Positions 9,472 to 17,519 of a stretch of DNA of 62,620 bases are shown one piece after another. Where the stretch lies: NCBI GenBank assembly GCA_002868925.1, contig PKTZ01000109.1, forward strand, positions 1 to 62,620. The letters are read 5' to 3'. The notes beneath the pieces were generated by a model. It worked only from the letters and a program-made list of their open reading frames with translations. It had not been told where the DNA came from and searched no databases. Source of the DNA: Desulfuromonas sp. Its GTDB lineage: Bacteria > Desulfobacterota > Desulfuromonadia > Desulfuromonadales > UBA2294. The translations under genes were made by a program, and so were the position numbers. Each line of letters begins with the position of its first letter. Position 1 is the stretch's first letter.

Positions 9472-9496
9472 AGTATCGTGAATTTTTTTGATCATG

Positions 9497-9808
9497 TCAT
9501 TTTTTAGAAATTTGCGTCCCATCATGGCAACCGGTACAGTCCGTCGGTCCATTTTTCGCCTCATGGCAGGTCTGACAGTAATTATGTGCATATGATTGAC
9601 TGATTTTACCGCCATAGGTTTCCAAAGCAGCGTGACAATGAGAACACTCTTCCACCCTTCTCGTTGCATGAGCCTGGTGATTAAAAACCACCGGTCCGTA
9701 AGACGTTGGATACTTTTTCGTAAACGCGAAGCCGGTATCTGCTGCATAGACAAGAGTGCTGGAGAAAACCAATCCTATCATCGACAAAGTCATCACAATT
9801 TTTTGCAT
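9497..9808 (-). CDS. Periplasmic triheme cytochrome c7 (PpcA family)
   Basis: Three CxxCH motifs (CSHCH, CQTCH, CTGCH) in an approximately 80-aa mature domain with PpcA-like spacing (VVFNHQAH...C..CH...AH..C..CH...GPT.C..CH). Signal peptide MQKIVMTLSMIGLVFSSTLVYA. Start chosen at the internal ATG at 9808; the track ORF extends to 9847. Confidence 0.85.
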   Translation of the reverse strand: MQKIVMTLSMIGLVFSSTLVYAADTGFAFTKKYPTSYGPVVFNHQAHATRRVEECSHCHAALETYGGKISQSYAHNYCQTCHEAKNGPTDCTGCHDGTQISKK

Positions 9809-9868
9809 CGTTTTTCCGTTCATTATTTCGTCAAATATTCTATCCAACCGTGCTTACTGAAATATCGT

Positions 9869-10099
9869 TCAGGGCAACTGCTTGTAGACAAAAGAGACGG
9901 GCCGACCGGTCGGCATAATGTCGGGCGCCGAAAACTTCCCGGACTCCACCCTTTGCGAATAAACTTCACATAACGACTTCGAATGCCCGTTGCAGTACAT
10001 ACTGAAAATTGCCTTCCAGATATTGCTCTGCCTTTCCCCGAACTTTTTATAAAACTCACAATCCTCCAAAAACTCACAAACCTGCTTCTTTTTAACCAT
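9869..10099 (-). CDS. Small Cys-containing hypothetical protein (76 aa)
   Basis: Start at the internal ATG at 10099 preceded by GGGGAG. MVKKKQVCEFLEDCEFYKKFGERQ... No recognisable family. Confidence 0.4.
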   Translation of the reverse strand: MVKKKQVCEFLEDCEFYKKFGERQSNIWKAIFSMYCNGHSKSLCEVYSQRVESGKFSAPDIMPTGRPVSFVYKQLP

Positions 10100-10269
10100 T
10101 TTTACGGCTCCCCGATTACCTGGCTGCGACCTGAGATTAGATGTCATAACAATTAAATTGATCAATTGATGTATACGTATTTCACACAACAGGGATCGAT
10201 TCTCCAGTGAATTCCCGTCAACAAACAGACAACCTTATGTGAACTATCGCTTAACCTTCTGGAATGACT

Positions 10270-10310
10270 GAAAAATACAAAAGGGCCCTGCATATTCAAT
10301 GCAGGGCCCT
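10270..10310 (-). terminator. Intrinsic terminator downstream of tRNA-Arg
   Basis: AGGGCCCTGCAT-N5-ATGCAGGGCCCT (12-bp stem) followed on the minus strand by TTTTGTATTTTT. Confidence 0.8.
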
Positions 10311-10321
10311 GTAAAAAGAAA

Positions 10322-10398
10322 TGGCACGCCGCGGAGGATTCGAACCCCCGACACCCGGTTCCGAAGACCGATGCTCTATCCAGCTGAGCTAGCGGCGC
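10322..10398 (-). tRNA. tRNA-Arg (anticodon TCG)
   Basis: The reverse complement folds as a 77-nt cloverleaf: GCGCCGC-TA-GCTC-AGCTGGATA-GAGC-A-TCGGT-CTTCGGA-ACCGG-GTGTC-GGGGG-TTCGAAT-CCTCC-GCGGCGT-G-CCA. The anticodon loop is CT-TCG-GA. Confidence 0.9.
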
Positions 10399-10401
10399 AA
10401 T

Positions 10402-11592
10402 CTAAATGATGACCAGCTCCTCGTCAGCGAAGGTGATGTGTTTCAGACCGTCGGCACTAACCCAGAAGGTATTCTCGATACCGACCGCACCGACGCCCGG
10501 ATACACGACCTTCGGTTCGAAGGCGAAGACCATGTTCTCTTTAAGCTCGTAGTCGTGGAAACCGCGTGCGATGAAGGGGTACTCGTCGAGTTCGACCCCG
10601 ACGCCGTGACCGATGAAGGAGACCTGCCCCCCTTTCGCGCCCATGAAGTGATCGGCGTACCCCATCTCATCAGCCATTTCGATACAGGAATCGTACACCG
10701 CTCCCCAGCTGGCACCCGGCACGGCGATCTTCTTGGCGTGCTCCTGGATCGCCTTCATATCCTCGTACGCCTTGACCAGCTCATCCGACAACCCACCGAT
10801 ACAGAACATCCGGGTCTGGTCGACGATGTAACCGTCGAAGACGCCACCGAAGTCGATGGTGATCGGTTCGTTCGCCTTGATCGACTTGTAGCTCGCACCC
10901 TGCGGAAATGAGGGGTTGAGACCCATCCCGCCGAGCGGGGTATCGGAATAGGTCGGCACTGCGCTGTCGGGGCCGGAGAAGATGTGGGCGTAGAACAGCT
11001 CGTTGTTGAAACCGCGCATCCGGATCAATCCCTGGTGGCCGGCCTTGCGCGCTTCCAATTCGAGTTCGGCCGCGAGGTCGAGATCGGTCATCCCTTCGCG
11101 AATGACCTCCTTCGCCTTTTTATGGACGCGACCGACGATCAGCGCCGCATCCTTGAGGATGCCGAGCTCGTATTCCGACTTGACCGCGCGCACGGTCCGG
11201 ATCAGGTGTGAAGCGTCTATGACCTGACAATCACCGAGCACTTTGCTGAAGCGGTTGAAGACCGTTACCGGCAGTACGTCGAGTTCCATTCCGGCAACCG
11301 ACGGCATGCTGTGACCGTGCTCGTCCAGGATACCCGGGATATCCTTGGGGCTGCGGAATGGTACCACCTCTTTGAGTCCACACTCCATCCGGGCACGTCC
11401 GTGGTCACGCCGCACCATGTAGATCGCTTCTCCTTCGACCGGGATGAAAAGCATCCCCTGTTGAATCGAGCCGGTGAAATAAAACAGGTCGGCATTCTGG
11501 GTAATCAGAACGGCATCGAGTTTATTCTCCTTCATCTCCAATTGCAGGCGATGAATACGATCGTACAATTCGGTTGCAGGCGTTATTCTCAT
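10402..11592 (-). CDS. M24-family metallopeptidase (Xaa-Pro aminopeptidase/creatinase-like)
   Basis: 396 aa. Creatinase-type N-domain followed by the pita-bread fold, with metal-ligand blocks (IDFGGVFDGY..D, HGVGVELDE, FAFEP). Confidence 0.8.
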   Translation of the reverse strand: MRITPATELYDRIHRLQLEMKENKLDAVLITQNADLFYFTGSIQQGMLFIPVEGEAIYMVRRDHGRARMECGLKEVVPFRSPKDIPGILDEHGHSMPSVAGMELDVLPVTVFNRFSKVLGDCQVIDASHLIRTVRAVKSEYELGILKDAALIVGRVHKKAKEVIREGMTDLDLAAELELEARKAGHQGLIRMRGFNNELFYAHIFSGPDSAVPTYSDTPLGGMGLNPSFPQGASYKSIKANEPITIDFGGVFDGYIVDQTRMFCIGGLSDELVKAYEDMKAIQEHAKKIAVPGASWGAVYDSCIEMADEMGYADHFMGAKGGQVSFIGHGVGVELDEYPFIARGFHDYELKENMVFAFEPKVVYPGVGAVGIENTFWVSADGLKHITFADEELVII

Positions 11593-12024
11593 GAGGTGGC
11601 TCCCGTCATCTACCAGATGGGTTGAAATGTCACTAAAGTCTCATAACGTATTGTTTAATTTAGGTTATTCTTGATAGCACATAGGCTGTTCAATAGCAAA
11701 TATTTTCAGGAAAGAGCTATCGAAAAGTGTATACAGTATTCATTTTGACCTTCACTTTGCGCTGCCGAAATATGAGCCCGAAAGTCATGCTTTTTTTTTA
11801 GGCAAGACGTAAAAATACCACTGAACTTCAGGGTCGCTTGTCAATTCTGTGAAGTTTTCCACACCCCTTTACACAATTTTTGTGGAAACAATTATCCAAT
11901 TTTAGGCAACCATTATTCACTGCTGAGACGACAGGACACATCAGGATGCGATCGGAGCAAACCCGATGCTGAAATCATCAAAACGACTACAATGTCTATG
12001 AACCAGTAAATGGTATTTTGTCAC

Positions 12025-12185
12025 GAATGGCACGAGTTTAAGCCCTTTTGCCGTTGATGCGGAGTTCATCCGGGGCTGTCCTCTCGCTTTTCCGGGGACT
12101 GTCCCGGATGGTTCCGGGCCAGGAAACCGTGCCGCTTCGCGCCGCAAAAGTCCGGGACAGTCCCCGTGCGGGGACAGCCCCTTAT
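12025..12185. repeat. 161-bp nested-palindrome element flanked by a 10-bp direct repeat
   Basis: Flanked by ATTTTGTCAC at 12015-12024 and 12186-12195. Nested inverted repeats: GGGGCTGTCC...GGACAGCCCC and GGGGACTGTCCCGGA...TCCGGGACAGTCCCC. The GGGACAG motif recurs in the terminator at 39.3 kb. Confidence 0.55.
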
Positions 12186-12194
12186 ATTTTGTCA

Positions 12195-12229
12195 CAAAAA
12201 AGCCGGGCGGAAATTCCGCCCGGCTTTTA
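12195..12229. terminator. Intrinsic terminator downstream of the octaheme cytochrome gene
   Basis: AAAAAA-AGCCGGGCGG-AAATT-CCGCCCGGCT-TTTT. Confidence 0.85.
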
Positions 12230-12249
12230 TCGTTCACGACCGCAGAGTA

Positions 12250-13590
12250 TTACTTGACATCCTGCTGGTAGCGATCCTTGTAGTACTTTTTCATTTCTTC
12301 GACCCGCTTCGGATCGAAGCCCTTAACGAACCACTCGTGTTCCTTGCGACCTTCGATGTAGGTCTTCATGATCTCTTCACAAACTTCCTTCTTCCCGGCC
12401 TTCTCGCACGCTTCATCCGCAGCCGGCAGGAACTCGGTGTAGAAGTGCTTGGCGACATCATAGATACCGTGCCACCAGGCGTAGTCCGGACCGCTCATCG
12501 CTGCACCGTGGCGGGCGCGGCGACCTTCATGATGCCAGAGCTCCCAGTAAATCCAGTCGATTTCGTCGTTGAAATTACCGGCCGGGATGACCTCTTCCTT
12601 CAGAAGGATGTCGCGAATTTCCTTGGCCGGAACCGCGAACTTGTCGTTGTAGAGGCCAACGAAACTATCGAGTTGCTTGTAGAAGCCCTCGACAAACGGA
12701 GCACCGTGACAGGCCGAGCAGACATCCTGCATATCTCCCAGTTTCTTCTCCCAGTTCTCGGTCCGCTTGGAGACCGGCGCACGCAGGTTCCAGGAAACTC
12801 GGGTCCCGACGTCGTGGGTGGTCGGCTGGTTCGAGGTAGCACTCATATGGCAGGTGGCGCAGGTCGGTGCGTCGAAGTAATCCTCACCCGGAACCCACTT
12901 CGGGTGATCCATATTGAGCTCATCCTTGAATGCTTGATAGAGAATTCCGTGCTTCGACTCTTCGTAAACCTCTTTTTGCGGATGATCGGGGCCGAGGTGA
13001 CACTTGCCGCAGGTTTCAGGGCGCCTAGCCTGTTCCTTACTGAAACGGTGCCGGGTATGACAAGCCGAACAGGTCCCCTTGGAACCGTCCGGATTGACCC
13101 GACCGATGCCGGTGTTTGGCCAGGTGTTGGTATCGAGGCTGCCGTCTTTGTTAACCTTGACGATCGAGCCGTGACACTGGCGACAACCGACCGCAACCGC
13201 CGGCTCACCGCCGATAGTCTGACCGAGGATACCATCGGCCGTATTCAGAATATCACCCGCCTTGGCGTGATGGCTTGCTTCCTGTTCAGCAGACTCACGC
13301 GGGTGGCAGGTCGCGCAGTCTTTCGGGGAGACGATGATGGCGATGGTGTAACCGTTGTGCTTCATCGCATCGGCGTCCTTCTTGTTCGCCTTGTGGCATT
13401 CGTAGCAGCCGACACCGGCGTTCCAGTGGGCACTATCCTCCCACTGACTGACCAATCCCTTCATCTCGATGTGGCACTCGAGACACTCGGTGGTCTCTTT
13501 CGACAAACGCGGATCAGCCGACATGGCGCTGACCGGCAGGATCAGGAAACCGATCACTATTGCCGCCAGAACAAACAAACTTTTCCTCAT
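12250..13590 (-). CDS. Octaheme c-type cytochrome, hydroxylamine-oxidoreductase (HAO) family
   Basis: 446 aa. Signal/anchor MRKSLFVLAAIVIGFLILPVSA. Eight CxxCH motifs (CLECH, CYECH, CATCH, CRQCH, CSACH, CGKCH, CATCH, CSACH). HAO-like C-terminal helical block WELWHHEGRRARHGAAMSGPDYAWWHG. Confidence 0.75.
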   Translation of the reverse strand: MRKSLFVLAAIVIGFLILPVSAMSADPRLSKETTECLECHIEMKGLVSQWEDSAHWNAGVGCYECHKANKKDADAMKHNGYTIAIIVSPKDCATCHPRESAEQEASHHAKAGDILNTADGILGQTIGGEPAVAVGCRQCHGSIVKVNKDGSLDTNTWPNTGIGRVNPDGSKGTCSACHTRHRFSKEQARRPETCGKCHLGPDHPQKEVYEESKHGILYQAFKDELNMDHPKWVPGEDYFDAPTCATCHMSATSNQPTTHDVGTRVSWNLRAPVSKRTENWEKKLGDMQDVCSACHGAPFVEGFYKQLDSFVGLYNDKFAVPAKEIRDILLKEEVIPAGNFNDEIDWIYWELWHHEGRRARHGAAMSGPDYAWWHGIYDVAKHFYTEFLPAADEACEKAGKKEVCEEIMKTYIEGRKEHEWFVKGFDPKRVEEMKKYYKDRYQQDVK

Positions 13591-13741
13591 ACCTTCCTCC
13601 TCATACGGTTATGACCAAACTGGCCGTTTATTCCTCCGTCTTCCGAGACGGGTTCGAATGAATATTCAATTTTTCGAATAAAGAATAAAATTATTAAATG
13701 AAGATATTTTCAGATTTAAACAGAGATTCGGTGAGATTCAA

Positions 13742-13755
13742 TTGACGTAAGTCAA
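13742..13755. promoter_or_regulatory. CRP/FNR-family (FNR/DNR-like) palindrome upstream of the HAO-like gene
   Basis: TTGAC-GTAA-GTCAA, a perfect dyad about 155 nt upstream of the start codon in an AT-rich intergenic region. Confidence 0.4.
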
Positions 13756-13823
13756 TTTTGTCATTTCAGAAAAAAAGAAAAAAACTAAAGAGGAGACTTG
13801 ATTGAGTTACACATTGGAGAGAA

Positions 13824-14528
13824 TCAGGTAAAACGGACCTTCTGCACACCTTCCATTGCCATAAAATCCTTGATCATCTCGTTGCGATGAACGTCACTAC
13901 TCTGGGAGACGACGAAGGTAAAAGCGATCTCGCCGGCAGTCTTGTCCTTTTCGAAACCGAAATTGACCACCCGCAGCTTGCGCTCGGCGAGGAAGGACTC
14001 GAGCTTCGGCAGGACATCGTCATCATAAAGACAATGGATGCGCAGGGTCCGGTAACGCTCTTTCTTGAACAGTCGCTCGGTCCGCTTGAGGATGAGCAGG
14101 CTGAACAGCGCGATCGCCGTAACCAGCACCGCAGGGAAATAGAGCCCGGCGCCGATCGCCATACCGATGCCGGCCGACACCCAGAGGCAGGCGGCGGTGG
14201 TCAGGCCGCGTACGGCGAACCCTTCCTTGATGATCGCCCCGGCCCCGAGGAAACCGATGCCGGTAATGATCTGGGCGGCAACCCGCCCCGGATCGAGTCG
14301 GACCACCGAGTTATCGTCAAGGATTCCGTATTTGACGTAGAAGATCTCGGAGATGAGCATCATCAGGCAGGCGCCGGTGGTGACCAGCAGGTGGGTCCTG
14401 AATCCGGCAGGGCGGCCGTGCGTTTCGCGTTCGAAACCGATCAGACCGCCGAGGATCGCGGCCAGTACCAGACGGCAAGCGACGGTCAGGGCATCATAGT
14501 TGATATTGAACGAATCGAACCATTCCAT
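13824..14528 (-). CDS. MgtC/SapB-family membrane protein
   Basis: 234 aa. LAAILGGLIGFERE...GFRTHLLV...GAGAIIK blocks plus a C-terminal ACT-like soluble domain. Confidence 0.8.
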   Translation of the reverse strand: MEWFDSFNINYDALTVACRLVLAAILGGLIGFERETHGRPAGFRTHLLVTTGACLMMLISEIFYVKYGILDDNSVVRLDPGRVAAQIITGIGFLGAGAIIKEGFAVRGLTTAACLWVSAGIGMAIGAGLYFPAVLVTAIALFSLLILKRTERLFKKERYRTLRIHCLYDDDVLPKLESFLAERKLRVVNFGFEKDKTAGEIAFTFVVSQSSDVHRNEMIKDFMAMEGVQKVRFT

Positions 14529-14529
14529 G

Positions 14530-15018
14530 CTAGCCCCCGCAGTCGTGCGTATCCCCCCGGAGTGTCTTCAGCGCATGCGGCAGTGCCGGCAGGATCGCCT
14601 CGAGGCTCTCCCGGGCCGCCCGTTCGCTGCCGGGGAGGTTGACGATCAGGGTCTGGCCGCGGATGCCGGAGATGCCGCGTGACAGCATGGCGTGCGGAGT
14701 TTTCTCCATACCGGCGGCGCGCATCGCCTCGCTCAGACCGGGCGCCTGGCGTTCGATCACGATGCGGGTCGCTTCGGGGGTAACGTCGCGCGGCGCGAAG
14801 CCGGTGCCGCCGGTGGTCAGGATCAGGTCAAGCTGCAGGTCGCTCCACTGGCACAGAAACTCGCTGATCTGCGCCTGCTCGTCCGGAAGCACCTGGTACT
14901 CGATGACGTCGCCGATCGGTTCGACCAGTTCGCGAATCGCCGCGCCGCTGGTGTCGACCCGCTCTCCAATCGACCCTTTGTCGGAGAGGGTCAGGATACC
15001 GATACGAAAATGATTCAT
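14530..15018 (-). CDS. Molybdenum cofactor biosynthesis protein (MogA/MoaB family)
   Basis: 162 aa. ILTLSDKGS...LILTTGGTGFAPRDVTPEA signature. Confidence 0.85.
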   Translation of the reverse strand: MNHFRIGILTLSDKGSIGERVDTSGAAIRELVEPIGDVIEYQVLPDEQAQISEFLCQWSDLQLDLILTTGGTGFAPRDVTPEATRIVIERQAPGLSEAMRAAGMEKTPHAMLSRGISGIRGQTLIVNLPGSERAARESLEAILPALPHALKTLRGDTHDCGG

Positions 15019-15027
15019 ACTTATAGT

Positions 15028-15492
15028 CTACCCTGTAGTCGCTTCCTGTGCCATCAGCTCCACCCGGTCACCGGCGCTAACCTCTCCTTCGGCCAGAACG
15101 ATGGCAAAGATCCCCTCGCGCGGCATAACGCAATCGCCGGCCTGATAATAGATGGCACAGCGCTCGTGACAGACTTTGCCGATGCGGGTGATTTCGAGCT
15201 GAACCGCGTCGCCGACCTTCAGTTTCGTCCCGATCGGCAGCCCGCAGAGATCAAGCCCGTCGACCACAATGTTTTCGCCGAAGTCACCGGCACCGACGTC
15301 GAGACCGGCCGCCCGCATCTTGTCGATACTTGCCACCGATAGCAGCGAGATCTGGCGATCGCCCGGTCCGGCGTGGGCATCTCCGGCGATGCCGTGATTG
15401 AGCAGCAAACGGACCCGCTCGACCGGTTTCTTCTGCGTCCCCTTGCTCGCGCTGACACAAACGGCCGTAACAGTTCCCGTCGATGAAATCAT
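15028..15492 (-). CDS. MOSC domain-containing protein
   Basis: 154 aa. MOSC-like blocks (DAHAG...RQISLL, GDFGENIVVDGLDL). Adjacent to the Moco gene. Confidence 0.7.
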   Translation of the reverse strand: MISSTGTVTAVCVSASKGTQKKPVERVRLLLNHGIAGDAHAGPGDRQISLLSVASIDKMRAAGLDVGAGDFGENIVVDGLDLCGLPIGTKLKVGDAVQLEITRIGKVCHERCAIYYQAGDCVMPREGIFAIVLAEGEVSAGDRVELMAQEATTG

Positions 15493-15496
15493 TTCG

Positions 15497-16492
15497 TTAA
15501 CCGCCCTTCTTTTCCTTCATCATGATCATGCGCTTGGCATTGTTGACGATCGCCGCCGGCAACTCCTTGCTCTTGGCGATCGACTTGATGTCTTTTTCGT
15601 TGAAGACGCTCATCAACCGCATCGCCTTGTTGATCGGCGTGCGCGGGTGCAGGGCAATCGCTTTCTTCATCTCGTACGACTTCATCCAGTCCTTGTTGAG
15701 GGTGATGATCCGGATCAGTTCATCGCTGGTCGTTTTCAGTTTAGCCAAGGCGAGCACCTCGCCATCGGTGATGCGTGGGTTGTTGAGTGCCGCCGACGAA
15801 ACCAACTTGTTCGAGTCGCGCAAGAAGATCGAGCGCCACTCCTTGTCGCCGGTCAACGCCATCTTGATTTTCTCGGAGACGCCGAGCACCAGGGCATGCT
15901 GGTACTTGGAAAGGGTCTCCTCCTCGACTTCCTCGATCTCCCCCTTTTCGGCAGATTCCTCATCCTCATCGAGCAGGGCCGGCGCTTCTTCCTCGCTCCA
16001 ACCGAAGCGGAACTTGAGCGCCTTGTCAGAATGCGGGTTATCAAGAATGGCTTGCACAAGCTGCGGTGCCTGCTGCAGACGCTGCGCGTTGTTGGCGATC
16101 ATCGACAACAGCGGCTCGGCAACCCGGGATGCGCAAAAAACGAAGGTCTCATCGATCACGGCCGGGTTTTGCAACAACTCTTCCATGACCACGACATCCT
16201 TGTAGCGGGCCCGGGCGATAAGGTGAAGAAGGTGCGGGTGGGTTTCAGCGTTGGTCAGAACCGGCTTGAGAACAGGAACCGGAAGCTCACGCAAGGTAAC
16301 TGCCGCCAGCTTCTTCAGTTCCACGTCCTTGCTGTTGACGAAGAAGAAAAGAACGGTTATCAGGTCATGCGCAGCCAGAGGTAAAGCCCCCCTGGCTGCA
16401 GATAACTGCATGTCACGGGGGGCTTCCTTGCCGACAATACGTGCCGCCTGCGGAGAGACCTTAACACGCACCGTGGTCTTTGTACTGCTCAT
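15497..16492 (-). CDS. Hypothetical alpha-helical repeat protein
   Basis: 331 aa with codon usage like its neighbours, HEAT/ARM-like helical repeats and an acidic central stretch. No family recognised. Confidence 0.5.
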   Translation of the reverse strand: MSSTKTTVRVKVSPQAARIVGKEAPRDMQLSAARGALPLAAHDLITVLFFFVNSKDVELKKLAAVTLRELPVPVLKPVLTNAETHPHLLHLIARARYKDVVVMEELLQNPAVIDETFVFCASRVAEPLLSMIANNAQRLQQAPQLVQAILDNPHSDKALKFRFGWSEEEAPALLDEDEESAEKGEIEEVEEETLSKYQHALVLGVSEKIKMALTGDKEWRSIFLRDSNKLVSSAALNNPRITDGEVLALAKLKTTSDELIRIITLNKDWMKSYEMKKAIALHPRTPINKAMRLMSVFNEKDIKSIAKSKELPAAIVNNAKRMIMMKEKKGG

Positions 16493-16519
16493 AAAACTTT
16501 TCCGTAATTTACAAATTCA

Positions 16520-17491
16520 TCAGTTGCTGACAATTGTTGCCTTGACCCCCTTCGCCGCCGCCTCGTTTTTCACATCTGCTGCCGCTTCCTTGCTGGCAAA
16601 CGAACCGAAGGAGACCTGCTGCAGGGTCTGCTCAACCTGGACCGGCTCCTCCATCAGAATGATCCCCTGCTTGTACAGTTTGTCGGCATAGCGGCGGGCC
16701 GAGTCGAGGTTGACGAACGAACCGACGTAGAGGGTCACCTTATCGCCTTTGCGGATTCCGAAGATATCCGGGACGGTCGACTTCAGCTCGGCCTTCTTGG
16801 CCGCGGCTGCAGCCGGTGAAAAGGTGCCGAGCGCCAGCCGGGTCATCTTGACCTTCTGCTTAACCGGGGTCAGCACCGGCTCGTAACCGAGCGCCCGGAC
16901 CTGCTTCGAAGTCCTCTTGATGCTGGAATCGAGCAGGAAGGTGCCGGCAACCAGCGAGTAAGCTCCTCCGGTCGCCGGAGCGGGCGCAATCGTCTTGACG
17001 GCCGGCTCGAAAACCTCCTGTTTGACCGGGCTGTCCGGCATCGGCGTAGCAACCGGTTCGGCCTTGGCGACCTCTTTTGCCGGTGCGGGTACCGGGGCCG
17101 GGGCTGATGCAGGGGCCGCTGCTGGTTCGGGGGCCGGCTTGGCAGCAACCTGCTCCGCCGGTTTTTCAACCGGTGCCGGGGCCGCCGCCTCCTTCACCGG
17201 CTGCGGAACGGCCTTTTTCGGTGCGTCCGGCATGGCGATCTTTTTCTTTGGCGGAGCCTTGACTACGACCTTCGGCGGTGCGGCGGGACCGCTGTCGGCT
17301 CCGGGCATCACCATGAAATAGTAGTAGGCGCCACCGACGAGAACCAGTAGCAGAAGAAGCAGCAACTGCAGGCGGGTGCGTGAACTGCCACCACCGCCCC
17401 GTTTTTTCTTCTTCTTTTTCGGTTCCTCTTCGACCCACTCTTCCGAGTCGCTGCCCGGCTCGTCAAAGGAGAAATCGTCTTGATCAGCCAT
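16520..17491 (-). CDS. SPOR domain-containing membrane protein
   Basis: 323 aa. Acidic N-terminus, KKKKKRGGGG, one TM segment, an Ala/Pro-rich linker, and two C-terminal SPOR-like repeats (YSLVAGTFLLDSS...; VSFGSFASKEAAADV...). Confidence 0.7.
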   Translation of the reverse strand: MADQDDFSFDEPGSDSEEWVEEEPKKKKKKRGGGGSSRTRLQLLLLLLLVLVGGAYYYFMVMPGADSGPAAPPKVVVKAPPKKKIAMPDAPKKAVPQPVKEAAAPAPVEKPAEQVAAKPAPEPAAAPASAPAPVPAPAKEVAKAEPVATPMPDSPVKQEVFEPAVKTIAPAPATGGAYSLVAGTFLLDSSIKRTSKQVRALGYEPVLTPVKQKVKMTRLALGTFSPAAAAAKKAELKSTVPDIFGIRKGDKVTLYVGSFVNLDSARRYADKLYKQGIILMEEPVQVEQTLQQVSFGSFASKEAAADVKNEAAAKGVKATIVSN

Positions 17492-17519
17492 AGTTCACCT
17501 TAACCTTCCTCTTCTTGAA

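Noticed and set aside
12021-12045. TGGCAC-GAGTT-TAAGC resembling a sigma-54 promoter
   Set aside because: The -12 element is poor. The site lies inside the palindromic insertion element and no plus-strand gene follows it.
12166-13614. 482-aa plus-strand ORF
   Set aside because: It lies entirely antisense to the eight-heme HAO-family cytochrome gene and runs through the palindromic repeat and the terminator. It is a shadow ORF.
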